Shown here piece by piece: positions 34,679-47,760 of a stretch of 64,000 nucleotides of DNA (positions are counted from its first letter, which is position 1; every line of letters starts with the position of its first letter). Below the pieces are notes generated by a model that was given only the letters and a program-made list of their open reading frames with translations, was not told the origin of the DNA and did not search any database. The stretch is from Malacoraja senta (lineage: Eukaryota). The translations under genes were made by a program, and so were the position numbers. The stretch covers positions 1-64,000 of the forward strand of contig JAXLNO010004283.1 of assembly GCA_038087875.1 (NCBI GenBank), written 5' to 3'.

Positions 34679-36953
34679 GTTATCTGGAGATATTTCAATA
34701 TTCACACAAACATACCATCTAATTCTATATAATACAATCTTCCCATATCTAACGCTGCATTTATCTAATTGGTGTCATGACTCAAATAAACGGTCCATTT
34801 TCCCCAGATCTTCTCAAATGAATTCTCCTTGACTCTCAAGGAATATGTCAGTTTCTCCACATTAAAGATGTCTCGCACAATTTCTAACCACTGTTCCTGT
34901 TTTGGACTTTTTTTATTAAGCCACTGCCCGGTAATGGCCTTCTTACTTGCTGCAAGCAAAACTTTAATCAAATATGTATCTTCTCTCTTTACTATATCTT
35001 TAATGTGCCCCAGATACATCACAGGGCAGGTATTTGGGATTTTATAACCCAAGATATTTTTAACAACTGCATTAACATTTTCCCAATCTTTACACAGTTT
35101 CAGAAAATATGCAAGTGGTCTGCCTCCGTACTCCCGCACAGCCTCTAACAGTGTTGTTGGACAGCAAGTGTTGTTCGACAGCAAGTTGTCTGCTTTTTAT
35201 TTTGGGTGTTATAAAAAAGCGAGTTAGATTCTTCCAGCAAAATTCTCTCCATACTAGTGAACTTGTGGATGTACATTGTGTTTCACACATTTGATACCAT
35301 TCTTCTTCTGTTATTTGAATTTTTAATTCTGCTTCCCATTTTGTTTTTATGTAGAGCGTTGATTCTCCCCCACTTCCCACTAGAGCTTGGTAGAAAGCAG
35401 AGATGACCCGAGACCCCTTCTGTTTGTATGCATCCACATTCACCTTGATCACATTATTTGAAGTTTCATCTAGTTCTGGCCTTATCTCTTTTGTAAAGTA
35501 GTCTCTTAATTGCAAGTATCTAAAAAATCTTTGTTTTCGAGACCATACTTTGACTTTAAATTTTGGAAGCTCATAAACTCGCCATTTTCTGAAAGTGTAT
35601 ACATTGCCGTTATGCCTTTTTGTGCCCATTCTTTGAATCTTGAATCATACATCCCTGGCTTAAACTTTGAGTCATATGCGAACCACTTCAATGCGTGAAC
35701 CCCTCTTTTTAATTTGTATTTTCCTACTATAAATAGGTCTGCGGTCTGAGGGCGTCCCGCCGCGGGCGGGCGGCGCTGGGTCGAGAACACCACGGAGTCA
35801 GAGTCGAAGCTCCAACCGGCGCGGCCTGAAGACTACGGGCGTCGCAGTCTCCGGGGAGGAGGCGGCCCCTTCAGACATTTCCAAGCCGCTGAGGACTTTT
35901 CCACCCGATGCCAGTGTTCCAGCTTCCCGGCGGGTGGGCCTACAACATCGGGCTGCCGTTGCGGCAACTGGCTGCGGAGCCCTCAAACTGGCCCCGATCT
36001 CGGGTGGACTAGGAGGAGGACTGGACATTTTGGTGCCTTTCCCTCGCAGTGGAGAGTGTCGACTCTGCTGTGGGGGGATGTTCGTGTTGAGTCTCTGATA
36101 GTGTGTTGTGTATTTTTTATTCTACCTTTTTATTTTTTATTTGAGTGGATAATTCTCTGTAAAGCACTTTGGTTTCAGTGATCTGATTGAAAAGTGCTAT
36201 ATAAATAAACTTACTTTACTTTACTTTATAACATTCCATATTTCTAACGTAAATGCTACTATTGGATCCATATCATGTCTCAAAGCCCCTCTCAGATATT
36301 TGTCTCCCACCAAAATCTGGGTCTGGTAACCCTGTTTATACATTTCTTTCCATCGAGATTCATAATCAGGTCCACACCAACAATCCAGAGGTCTGAGTTG
36401 AGCTGCATAAAAGTATTTCCTCAGATTTGGTAAAGCCATTCCACCCTTGCTTTTCGGCAGTTGAAGTGTTGTTAATTTTATTCTTGTTTTTTTGCTGTTC
36501 CAAATGAATCTAGAGATCATCTTATCCCAGGCTATGAATTTGTCTCGGGGAACATTAATTGGGAGAGATTGGAATAAATATAGTAATTTGGGTAGGATAT
36601 TCATTTTTACCGTTTGTATTCTGGCACTGAAGTCTAGAGGAAGGCTAGACCACCTTTCAACATCCTTTTTCATGTTTTCTTCAATTTTGTTATAATTAGT
36701 TTCAAACATGTTGGAAAGTGTTTTGGTTATAGTTACACCAAGATACTGCATTGTTTTAGAATTCCATTTCAGATTATATGCGTCTCTGATTTGTTGGGAT
36801 GGAGAATAATTGAATGAAAGAATTTGTGTTTTTGTTAAATTCAGTTTATACCCTGAGTAGTATCCATATGTTTCAAATAGGTTCATTAGATTTGGGAGAC
36901 ATACACTGGTCGATCAAGAAAAATAATGACATCATCAGCAAAAAGACCAATGA

Positions 36954-37373
36954 TATAACCATATAACCATATAACAATTACAGCACGGAAACAGGCCATC
37001 TCGACCCTTCTAGTCTGTGCCGAACACGTATTCTCCCCTAGTCCCATATACCTGCACTCAGACCATAACCCTCCATTCCTTTCCCATCCATATAACTATC
37101 CAATTTATTTTTAAATGATAAAAACGAACCTGCCTCCACCACCTTCACTGGAAGCTCATTCCACACAGCCACCACTCTCTGAGTAAAGAAGTCCCCCCTC
37201 ATGTTACCCCTAAACTTCTGTCCCTTAATTCTCAAGTCATGTCCCCTTGTTTGAATCTTCCCTACTCTCAGTGGGAAAAGCTTATCCACGTCAACTCTGT
37301 CTATCCCTCTCATCATTTTAAAGACCTCTATCAAGTCCCCCCTTAACCTTCTGCGCTCCAAAGAATAAAGCCC
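36954..37373 (-). mobile_element. CR1 3' fragment nested in the L1 RT, just before its FADD motif
   Basis: [14 protein letters not shown]...; (TATGGT)n tail; removing it restores L1 KEHIIGLFADD. Confidence 0.88.
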
Positions 37374-38727
37374 TATGTTCTTTCCCCCCTATTTTGATCC
37401 CCTGCAGGTCTTCTCTCTGCCTTATTGCTTGTGCTAAGGGTTCAATATACAAAACAAAGAGAGTAGGAGAAAGACAGCATCCTTGTCTTGTGCCCCTGTC
37501 TAACTGGATCCTTTTTGATAGGTTTCCATTTACCTTAATCCTAGCTGTAGGCTCCTGATATATAGTTTTAATACACCGAATTGCATCTTCATTGAGACCA
37601 AATCTCCTCAGTACTTCATATAAAAATACCCAACTAACACTATCAAAGGCTTTTTCTGCATCTAAACTGACCAGGACCATATTTGTATCCTTTTTTTTTT
37701 AACATTATCCACAATGTGGAGGGTTCTTCTAATATTGTCTTGTGTTTGACACCCCCTAATAAATCCAGTTTGGTCTTCATTAATCAGATCTGGTACAAAA
37801 GTCTTGAGTCTTTTGCAAATGATTGAGGTAAATAATTTGTAGTTTACATTTAAAATTGAGATTGGCCTGAAATGTTTACATTGCTCTTTGTCTTTGCCTT
37901 CCTTAGGTAAAATGGTAATAATTGCTTCCTTCCATGATGGGGGAGCCCTGCCTTCTTTAAGGGTCCAGTTAAAGCAAGACAGGAGCAGAGGTGTTAGCTC
38001 TTTCTTAAAGGCCGTGTACCATTCTGGTGGAAACCCATCGCTGCCTGGTGATTTACTAGCCTTAAGTCTACTGATTGCAGCTTCCAGCTCCTTAACCGTA
38101 AATTGTGACGTAATGGTATTTTTTTGTGTCTCACCAATGGATGGCAGGTCGAGTGAGTTAAGAAAACTTCTCATTGTCCTTTCGTCAGCTGATGGTGGTT
38201 TAGAATAAAGTTTCTTATAGTACTCTTCAAATATTATTTCTATCTCATCTGGCTCATGTGATAATTGATTGGTTTTAGGATCTCTTATGTTATGAATTGT
38301 ATTAGAGGCCTGCTGTTTACGCAGGCGTCTGGCCAGGAGTCTAGTTGCTTTTGGACCTGCTTCATAATAGGTCTGCTATACAAATCTTGCCTTTTTTTCC
38401 CATATCTCCCCTGAGGATCTCATCTATCTCCCCCCTTATTTCCTTTATCTGTTTTAGTACCAACTGCTCATATATGTTTTTACTCCAATTCTTTCAATTT
38501 TTCCACTTTATGTTCATACGTAGCTAGCCGGGCCTTTTTTTGTGATGATGTCAGGGCGATCAGCTTTCCACGTATAACTGCCTTCATAGCATCCCACAAT
38601 ATTACAGGATCCACATCCCCATTATCATTCTCTTCTATGTACCTTTTTATCTCTTCCCTTATTTGTTCCACATTTGCCTTATTATTCAAAATACCCACAT
38701 TGAGCCTCCAAACAGTATTGCTTTTTC

Positions 38728-40158
38728 CAAATACAAGGCGTAGCTATGGGCACACGCATGGGCCCCAGCTACGCCTGCCTCTTTGTCGGGTACGTAGAAC
38801 AATCCTTGTTCAATGCGTACCAGGGCCCCATCCCCGACCTCTACCTCCGCTACATCGATGATTGTTTTGGTGCCACATCCTGCACCCACACACAACTGAC
38901 TGACTTCATCCGCTTCACCACCAACTTCCATCCGGCACTCAAATACACCTGGACCATTTCCGACACTTCCCTACCATTCCTTGACCTCACTATCTCCATC
39001 GCAGGTGATAGACTCCTTACCGACATCCACTACAAACCTACCGACTCCCATGGCTATCTGGACTACACTTCTTCCCACCCTGCTTCCTGTAAGGACTCCA
39101 TCCCCCACTCCCAATTCCTCCGTCTACGCCGCATCTGCTCCCAGGATGAGGCGTTCCACACCAGGGCATCTGAAATGTCCTCATTCTTCAGGGAACGGGG
39201 GTTCCCCTCCTCCACCATAGATGAGGCTCGCACCAGGGTCTCTGCCATACCCCGCAACACTGCTCTCTCTCCCCATCCCCCCACTCACAACAAAGGCAGA
39301 GTCCCCCTAGTCCTCACCTTTCACCCCACCAGCCGTCACATACAACAAGTGATCCTCCGTCAGTTTCGCCACCTCTAACGTGACCCCACCACTCGCCACA
39401 TCTTCCCATCTCCCCCTATGTCTGCCTTCCGCAAAGACCGCTCCCTCCGTAACTCCCTTGTCAATTCTTCCCTTCCCTCCCATACCACCCCCTCCCCTGG
39501 TACTTTCCCTTGCAACCGCAAGAGATGCACCACTTGTCCCTTCACTTCCCCCCTCCACTCCATTCAAGGACCCAAGCAGTCGTTCCAGGTGCGACAGAGG
39601 TTCACCTGCATCTCCTCCAACCTCATCTATTGCATTCGCTGCTCTAGATGCCAGCTGATCTACATCGGTGAGACCAAGCGGAGGCTTGGCGATCGTTTCG
39701 CCGAACACCTCCGGTCGGTCCGCAATAACCAACCTGAACTCCCGGTGGCTCAGCACTTCAACTCCCCCTCCCATTCCGTATCTGACCTCTCTGTCCTGGG
39801 TCTCCTCCATGGCCACAGCGAGCAACACCGTAAATTGGAGGAAATGCACCTCATATTCCGCTTGGGCAGTCTACATCCTGGTGGCCTGAACGTTGAATTC
39901 TCCCAATTCTGCTAGCCCTGGCTGTCCCCTCCCCTTCATCAGCCATCTGGTTGTCTCCTCCCCTCCCCCAGCCCTCGGGCTCCTCCTCAGCCTTTTCCTT
40001 TTTTCCTTTCTTCTCCCCACCCCCTATCAGTCTGAAGAAGGGTTTCGGCCCGAAACGTTACCTATTTCCTTCGCTCCATAGATGCTGCTGCACCCGCTGA
40101 GTTTCTCCAGCATTTTTGTGTACCTTCGATTTTCCAGCATCTGCAGTTCCTTCTTTAA
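38728..40158 (+). mobile_element. 5'-truncated Penelope-like element (RT C-half, GIY-YIG, hammerhead terminal repeat) nested in L1
   Basis: GPSYACLFVG...LYLRYIDD; [22 protein letters not shown]; one premature TAA at 39376-39378. 9-bp TSD TGCTTTTTC at 38719-38727 and 40159-40167; removal restores L1 LNSRKSNTVWRLN. Confidence 0.93.
40032..40059 (+). ncRNA. Minimal type I hammerhead ribozyme motif in a Penelope terminal repeat (intact-core copies also at 16944-16971, 42132-42159, 48544-48571)
   Basis: CUGAAGA-A-GGGU(UUCG)GCCC-GAAA-CGUU: conserved core, stem II hairpin, palindromic ACGU stem III, NUH cleavage triplet. Confidence 0.75.
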
Positions 40159-43100
40159 TGCTTTTTCTACTATTCAGGTGTACTGACAAGCTGATCGCAC
40201 TGTGATCAGATACATCTGCCACCCCGATTTTACACTCTGTGATCCTGTGGCTTTCACCCGTATTCATTAAAAAGTAGTCAATCCTGGAGTAGACTGAATG
40301 AGGTACTGAATAGTGTGTGTAGTCCCTTTCTAAAGGGTGAAGTTATTTCCAAACATCAATTAAGCCCATTTCCTGCACTGATGTGTTAATAAACGGTCAG
40401 ATGCATCTTGTTTTTTTTAGGCTTGTTGTATCCAAATTATGATTCATAACCACATTGAAGTCCCCTCCACATATCAAAATACCTTCAGTCTCTAAAGCAA
40501 TAATGTCAAACAGAGTTTTGAAAAAACATTTGGTGCTCTCTGGGGGGGCATATACATTGATCAGTGTCACTACTTTGTTTTCCAGCTTTCCTTTAACTAA
40601 TACATACCTTCCCTCTTTGTCCCCGACTTCTTTATGGCATTCAAATTGGACTGCATTTGTGATAAGGATAGCCACTCTCCTCTTTTGGCTAGTTTTATAG
40701 GAACTATAAAATGTATTTCTAAAGCCAAAGGGTTTTAATTTCTCATGTTCTTGTTGAGGCAGGTGGGTTTCTTGTAAAAAATAGTACCTGAGCCTTTTCT
40801 TTTTTCAGTCCGTAGATGCGAATGTTATTTCGTCTAGACCGTCCTTCCAAATCAGTCAGTTTTTCTTGCATGACTTTCTGTTTTTTCATAGATTTAAACA
40901 GCACATTTTTCATAGCCATGAATTGCCTCTGCCTCTTCGATTCGTGCCTCTGCTTTGTTTAGTCTAGTTTCGTGGGCATGGATTTGTTTGGAGTTAGCAG
41001 AAAGTTTATGATAAATTTCTTGCTTCAGATCTTTGAGTTCGGCTTTCATGTCTTCTTTGAGTCCTTCTTTAAATTTATATGTCCACTTTATATTCAGCCC
41101 TGAAGTCACGTATTTCTTTACTGATATTGTGGAGCATTGAGCGCACGGTTTCTGCCGAGTCATCTTTTGAGCTTTGAGCTTTGTCCATCTCCGGTGAATT
41201 CTTTCTTTCTCGTCCGTCACGTATCTTTTGACTTCTAGTTGTCGCTCCCCCACTCATTCCAATACAGAAAACTTCCGGTGGCGAGGCGAGCAGATGGCTG
41301 CTTAATCTCGAGCTCCTGATAGCAAGTTTAAAACTAGCCTCCCTTAATTCACTAATTGCGACATAATTCACAGTTTTCTGTATTGGAAAGTATTCCTATT
41401 CCTAACCGCATTGATGTTTAGAGGAATCTTGGGGTCCAAGGCCATAACTCTCTGAAGCTGACAACATAAGAAGACAAAGTGGTAAAGGTGGCATATGGTA
41501 TGCTTGCCGTCTTTGGTCAGGGCATTGAGCACAAGAGCCAGGAAGTCATAGGACATTGATAAGGATGCATTTGGAATACTGCGTGCAGTTCTGGACACTG
41601 CATTCCAGGTGAAGGCTTTGGAGAAGGCGGAGAAGCTGTTTATCGGAGCGCTGCCTGGATTAGAGGGTATTAGATATAAAGAGAGTTTGGACAAACTGGA
41701 ATTGTTGAGGTTGAGAAGTATATACATTTTAAGAGGCATAAAAAAAATGTAGACAGTGAGAATTGTTCTCCGGGGTAGAAAGGTCAAAGTCCAAAAAGCA
41801 TAAATTTCATGTGAAGGGGCAAAAATGTAAAGGAGTGTAAAGGTTTTATTTCCGTAGAGAGGGTGGTGGTGGTGGAGGCCTACACAACAGTGTGTAAACA
41901 AGGCTTGTGGATGGGCACATAGATATGCAGGAAATTGAGGGATATAGATCACGTGCAGGCTGCAGAGATTAGTTTAATTTGATATGTTTAACACAGACAC
42001 TGTAGGCAAAAGGACCTGATTGTGTGCTGTACTGTTCTACTTCCTATGGTACACTACTTGTTACAGGCCTGCACTGAGAAACCCGATACCACCACTCTGT
42101 TGTTTATCTTCAAGCCAAGTTTGTATCCAGTCTGAAGAAGGGTTTCGGCCCGAAACGTTGCCTATTTCCTTCGCTCCATAGATGCTGCTGCACCCGCTGA
42201 GTTTCTCCAGCATTTTTGTGTACCTTGTATCCAGACTTTGTGTCTCTACACTTAACTCAACCCTGTTCAGTTATTCACAAAATGCTGGTGTAACTGAACA
42301 GGTCAGGCAGCATTTTTTAAACACAGATAATAAAGGGATATGGATCACGTGCAGGCAGCTGAGCTCAGCTTGGTACCAACATTGTAGGCCAAAGGGCCTG
42401 TTACTGTGCTGTACTGCTCTATGTTCTATCTGCGGAGTGAATGGACAGGCGACGTCTCAAGTCAAGACACTTCTTCAGACTGATTATATTCAGGGGGAGG
42501 AAATACAAGAGAAGGGAGAGTGGAACAAAGCCTTGCAAGTGGGTGATTGGCAGATGGGTGGAGTAAGTGAAAATGGCTGGAGGTGAAATCTGGCTGTAAA
42601 TTTTGCTTCAGAGGCGTTTTCTTTTTGTATGTAAAAACCCACTTGAGAACCATGGGTGATTTTAAAATTTTACAGCCAGATTTATCACTTCTGAAACTTT
42701 TTAAATGCCAAAGGAATCAAGAAAAAACACAAATAATGCCTTAGTTGATGAAATGCAGTGAGCAAACGGCCAATGTTCGCCAAGCACTCTGGCTGTTGTC
42801 CCTTCAGCTCTCGCTTCTATATACCGTCATTTCTCCTCCCATTAGGAATTCTGAAGTAGGCTACATGTCTCTCACGCTTATCCCGATTTCCATAATTATT
42901 TACAGCGCAAAAATTGACAATTTCGGCGGGTTTTAACGGGCCCGCTACGCTGGAAACAATGGTTAGTGCTTACCTGCAGTTCATCGCGTGTACTCCACTT
43001 GGCGTAGCGTAGCAACAGTATGGGTCATGGGTCGTGACCCGACTGCCGTGAAACCTCCCTATAGTGGGGAGATATATGTGTTCACTGAAGTAGAGAGAGG

Positions 43101-43904
43101 GGCACAGGAATGAGAGAGGTAAAGACTTTCCTTCTTTAATAAAACAAACCCACTCTCTGACCTTTTCCTTAGAAGTCAAACTGGGATAGAACATAAACTG
43201 TAAATGGCAAGATGCCAAGGACTACTGATGATCAGAGAAACATTAGGATTCAAGTCCATAGTTACCTGGATGATAGGTGTTGAAGAAGACATCTGGCCGT
43301 TGTCTTTATCGGCGAGGATGCAGCACTTAAGTGTAAAGACGTAATGTTGGAAGAGAATTGGCTAATTGGGGATAACACGCACGGCTTTGTCCGCTGTACG
43401 TCACGTCTCACTAACTTGATGGAGTTTTTTGAGGAGTTGACCTAGGAGATTGATGAAAGAAGAGTGGTGGATGTTGCATACATGGATTTTAGTAAGACTT
43501 TTTGATGTGGTCCCTCATGGTAGACTGATCCAGAGGATTATGATGTGTGAGATTCATGGTGACTTAGCCGTGTGGATTCTGAACTGTCTTATTCATAGAA
43601 GATAGAGGGTTGTGGTGCAAGGAAGATATTCGGGCTTGGTGGGTGGAGGGACCAGACTGTCCCCAACTCTGCTGCAACTGACTGGGACTTTGCCGGGTTT
43701 TCGACCCGTGTGTCCACAGCCCGGGGCCGCGGTACTGGTCCACCCGGCCCCGTGCGCGGGCGCTGCCGACCCACAGGCCGTGACAGTGCGGCTGCACAGA
43801 TGGTGAGTTCGCAGTCTCGGGCCCTTCCGCTGCTGGACAATGGGGGACAGGGTGTGGTGGAGACCCCCCTCAATTAAAGGAAGGGATATCACCCCAGGGG
43901 GGCC

Positions 43905-44645
43905 ACATGAGTGGCAGTCTGGGGGCGGGGCTGTCTATGAGTGGCAGTCTGGGGGGGCGGGGCTGTCCATGAGTGGCAGTCTGGGGGCGGGGCTGTCTGT
44001 CCATGAGTGGCAGTCTAGGGGCGGGGCTGTCCATGAGTGGCAGTCTGGGGGGCGGGGCTGTCCATGAGTGGCAGTCTGGGGGGCGGGGCTGTCTATGAGT
44101 GGCAGTCTGGGGGGCGGGGCTGTCTATGAGTGGCAGTCTGGGGGGGCGGGGCTGTCCATGAGTGGCAGTCTGGGGGCGGGGCTGTCTGTCCATGAGTGGC
44201 AGTCTGGGGGTGGGGCTGTCCATGAGTGGCAGTCTGGGGGGCGGGGCTGTCTATGAGTGGCAGTCTGAGGGGGCGGGGCTGTCCATGAGTGGCAGTCTGG
44301 GGGCGGGGCTGTCTATGAGTGGCAGTCTGGGGGCGGGGCTATCCATGAGTGGCAGTCTGGGGGCGGGGCTGTCCATGAGTGGCAGTCTGGGGGCGGGGCT
44401 GTCCATGAGTGGCAGTCTGGGGGTGGGGCTGTCTGTCCATGAGTGGCAGTTTGAGGGCGGGGCTGTCCATGAGTGGCAGTCTGGGGGCGGGGCTGTCTGT
44501 CCATGAGTGGCAGTCTGGGGGCGGGGCTGTCCATGAGTGGCAGTCTGGGGGCGGGGCTGTCCATGAGTGGCAGACTGGGGGCGAGGCTGTCCATGAGTGG
44601 CAGTCTGGGGGCGGGGCTGTCTGTCCATGAGTGGCAGTCTGGGGG
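43905..44645. repeat. GC-box minisatellite, ~29-34 bp unit, ~24 copies
   Basis: Repeated CATGAGTGGCAGTCTGGGGGCGGGGCTGTC(TGTC). Confidence 0.93.
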
Positions 44646-44649
44646 CGGG

Positions 44650-45100
44650 GTGGGTATCAGGGACAGGGCTGGGACCGGGGGCGGGGCTATGGACTGGGGG
44701 CGGGACCACAAGCCGCTACGTCACGCGCTCCGGGACATCTGAGTGACGGCCCGACGGTCGGTCACGTGGTCCGGTGCCGGCATCGCCGGGTCCTGGCGGC
44801 TCAAATCTGTCCGAGGCGCCGCCTGACGTGAGGGCGGAGCGGGGCCGTTGTGACGCGGGGCCGCTGTGACGTGAGTGCGGAGCGGGGCCACTGTGACGCG
44901 CGGCCTCTGTGACGTAAGGGCGGAGCGGGGCGGCTGTGACGTGAGGCCGCTGTGACGTGAGGGCGAAGCGGGGCGGCTGTGACGCGGGACCGCTGTGACG
45001 TGTGCGCGGAGCGGGGCCGTTGGGACGCTGTGACGCTGTGTCGACTTGAGGCGACAGGTCAGTCAGTCAGTCCCGGGCCGCCGGCGGGGATCCTTGCAAC
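44650..45100 (+). promoter_or_regulatory. CpG island with tandem TGACG (CRE half-site) and GC-box array; candidate promoter or non-coding first exon
   Basis: About 10 TGACG motifs in 44820-45035, CACGTG near 44763, donor-like CAG|GTCAGT at 45057/45058. No downstream coding exon identified. Confidence 0.5.
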
Positions 45101-45904
45101 GGGGAATAATGGAGTCAGGGTTGTGAGGGGAGGGTGTTGCTAGGGTCAGAGTGCAGTGGGGTCAGGGTTCAGTGGGGTCAGGGTCTGTGTGGAAACTCAC
45201 TCAGGGACAGTTGTTTTCAGTGAACTATGTTTACATATTGTGTCTGTTGTGCTGCTGCAAGGATGAAGAATGTCATTGTTTTATCTGGGACATGTGGCAA
45301 TAAAACACACTTGGCTTAAAGTTCAAGTTCAAGTGGTTCAGGGGCTCTGGGATAGAAGGTCAGAGTTCAGGTAAGGTCAAGACACAATAGGTGCAGGAGT
45401 GGCCATTTGGCCCTTTCAATGGCTGATCATCCCCAATCAGTACCCCGTTCCTGCCTTCTCCCCATATCCCCTGACTCCGTTATTTTTAAAAGCCCTATCT
45501 AGCTCTCTCTTGAAAGCATCCAGAGAACCTGCCTCCACCGCCCTCTGAGGCAGAGAATTCCACAGACTCACCACTCTCTGTGAGAAAAAGTGTTTCCTCG
45601 TCTCTTTTCCAAATGGCTTACTACTTATTCTTAAACTGGTCCCTGGTTCTGGACTCCCCCAACATCGGGAACATGTTTCCTGCCTCTAGCGTGTCCAAAC
45701 CCTTAACAATCTTACATGTTTCAATGAGATATCCTCTCATCCTTCTAAACTCCAGAGTGTACAAGCCCAGCTGCTCCATTCTCTCAGCATATGACAGCCC
45801 GCCATCCCGGGAATTAACCTTGTATACCTACGCTGCACTCCCTCAATAGCAAGAATGTCCTTCCTTCAGGGGTTCAGTTGGTCCCAGGGTTTTAGGGGTC
45901 AGAG

Positions 45905-47760
45905 TGCAAGGGTTGATTGTGGGAGATTTCAATTTTCCACACATAGACTGGGAAACACATTCTGTAAAAGGGCTGGATGGTTTGGAGTTTGTAAAATGTG
46001 TGCAAGATAGTTTTTTGCAGCAATACATAGAGGTACCTACTAGAGAAGGGGCAGTGCTGGACCTCCTGTTAGGAAATGAGACAGGGCAGGTGGCGGAGGT
46101 ATGCGTCGGGGAGCACTTCGGGTCCAGTGATCACAATACCATTAGTTTCAATATAATTATGGAGAGGGTCAGAACTGGACCTAGGGTTGAGATTTTTGTT
46201 TGGAGAAAGGCTAACTTTGAGGAGATGCGAAAGGATTTAAAAGGAGTGAATTGGGACATGTTGTTTTATGGGAAGGATGTAGAAGAAAAATGGAGGACAT
46301 TTAAGGGTGAAATTTTAAGAGTACAGAATCTTTATGTCCCTGTTCGGTTGAAAGGAAATAGTAAAAAATGGAAAGAGCCATGGTTTTCAAGTGAAATTGG
46401 ACACTTGTTTCGGAAAAAGAGAGAGATCTACAATAATTATAGGCAGCATGGAGTAAATGAGGTGCTTGAGGAGTATAAAGAATGTAAAAAGAATATTAAG
46501 AAAGAAATTAGAAAAGCTAAAAGAAGATATGAGGTTGCTTTGGCAAGTCAGGTGAAAGTAAATCCAAAGGGTTTCTACAGCTATATTAATAGCAAAAGGA
46601 TAACAAGGAATAAAATTGGTCCATTAGAGAGTCAGAGTGGACAGCTATCTGCAGAGCCAAAAGAGATGGGGGAGATATTGAACAATTTCTTTTCTTCGGT
46701 ATTCACGAAGGAGAAGGATATGGAATTATGTGAGGTAAGGGAAACAAGCAGAGTAGCAATGGAAACTGTGAGATTCAAAGAAGAGGAGGTGCGGACACTT
46801 TTGAAAAATATGAAAACGGATAAGTCTCCAGGTCCAGACAGGATATTCCCTAGGACATTGAGGGAAGTTAGTGTAGAAATAGCAGGGGCTATGACAGAAA
46901 TATTTCAAATGTCATTAGAAACGGGAATAGTGCCGGAGGATTGGCGTACTGCGCACGTACACGGTAAATGGTAGCGAATTGAGGAATGCAGTTGAACAGA
47001 GGGATCTAGGAATAACTGTGCATAGTTCCCTGAAGGTGGAATCTCATGTAGATAGGGTGGTAAAGAAAGCTTTTGGTGTGCTGGCCTTTATAAGTCAGAG
47101 CATTGAATATAGAAGTTGGGATGTAATGTTAAAATTGTACAAGGCATTGGTGAGGCCAATTCTGGAGTATGGAGTACAATTTTGGTCGCCTAATTATAGG
47201 AAGGATGTCAACAAAATAGAGAGAGTACAGAGGAGATTTACTAGAATGTTGCCTGGGTTTCAGCAACTAAGTTACAGAGAAAGGTTGAACAAGTTAGGTC
47301 TTTATTCTTTGGAGCGCAGAAGGTTAAGAGGGGACTTGATAGAGGTCTTTAAAATTATGAGCGGGTTAGACAGAGTGGACGTGGATAAGCTTTTCCCATT
47401 GAGAGTAGGGAAGATTCAAACAAGGGGACATGACTTGAGAATTAAGGGACAGAAGTTTAGGGGGAACATTAGGGGGAACTTCTTTACTCAGAGAGTGGTA
47501 GCTGTGTGGAATGAGCTTCCAGTGGAAGTGGTGGAGGCAGGTTCGATGTTATCCTTTAAAAATAGATTGGATGGGTATATGGACGGGAAAGGAATGGAGG
47601 GTTATGGTCTGAGTGCAGGTAGATGGGACTAGGGGGAAGTATTTATTTTTAATTAAAAAAAAATAATAATAATTAAGAAAAAAAAAAAAATGTTCGGCAT
47701 GGACTTGAAGGGCCGAGATGGCCTGTTTCCATGCTGTGATGGTTATATGGTTATATGGTT
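45905..47760 (+). mobile_element. CR1 LINE (same family as 20461-24444), 5'-truncated, with internal deletion of the RT core at ~46960
   Basis: ORF 45904-46974 runs EN to DWRTAHV, then jumps to the post-RT segment; (TATGGT)n tail. Confidence 0.93.

Larger units (their letters stand above)
34745..41300 (-). mobile_element. L1-clade LINE, fragmented, with three nested insertions (35733-36226, ~36954-37373, 38728-40158)
   Basis: ORF1 from ATG 41257 (coiled coil, LEGRSRRNNIRIYGL); EN FLQETH...INVYAPP...CGGDFN...SDH; [10 protein letters not shown]...RPISILN...DAEKAFD...RQGCCLSP...FADD; C-terminal Cys-rich remnant. Confidence 0.93.

Noticed and set aside
43720-43802. Faint resemblance of PGAAVLVH...VRLH to tapasin exon 2
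   Set aside because: No CWFVED motif, wrong exon-end phase, and no other tapasin exons in the window.
43840-44742. Multiple repetitive ORFs (MSGSLGAGL..., RLPLMDSPAP...)
   Set aside because: Translations of the minisatellite in all frames.
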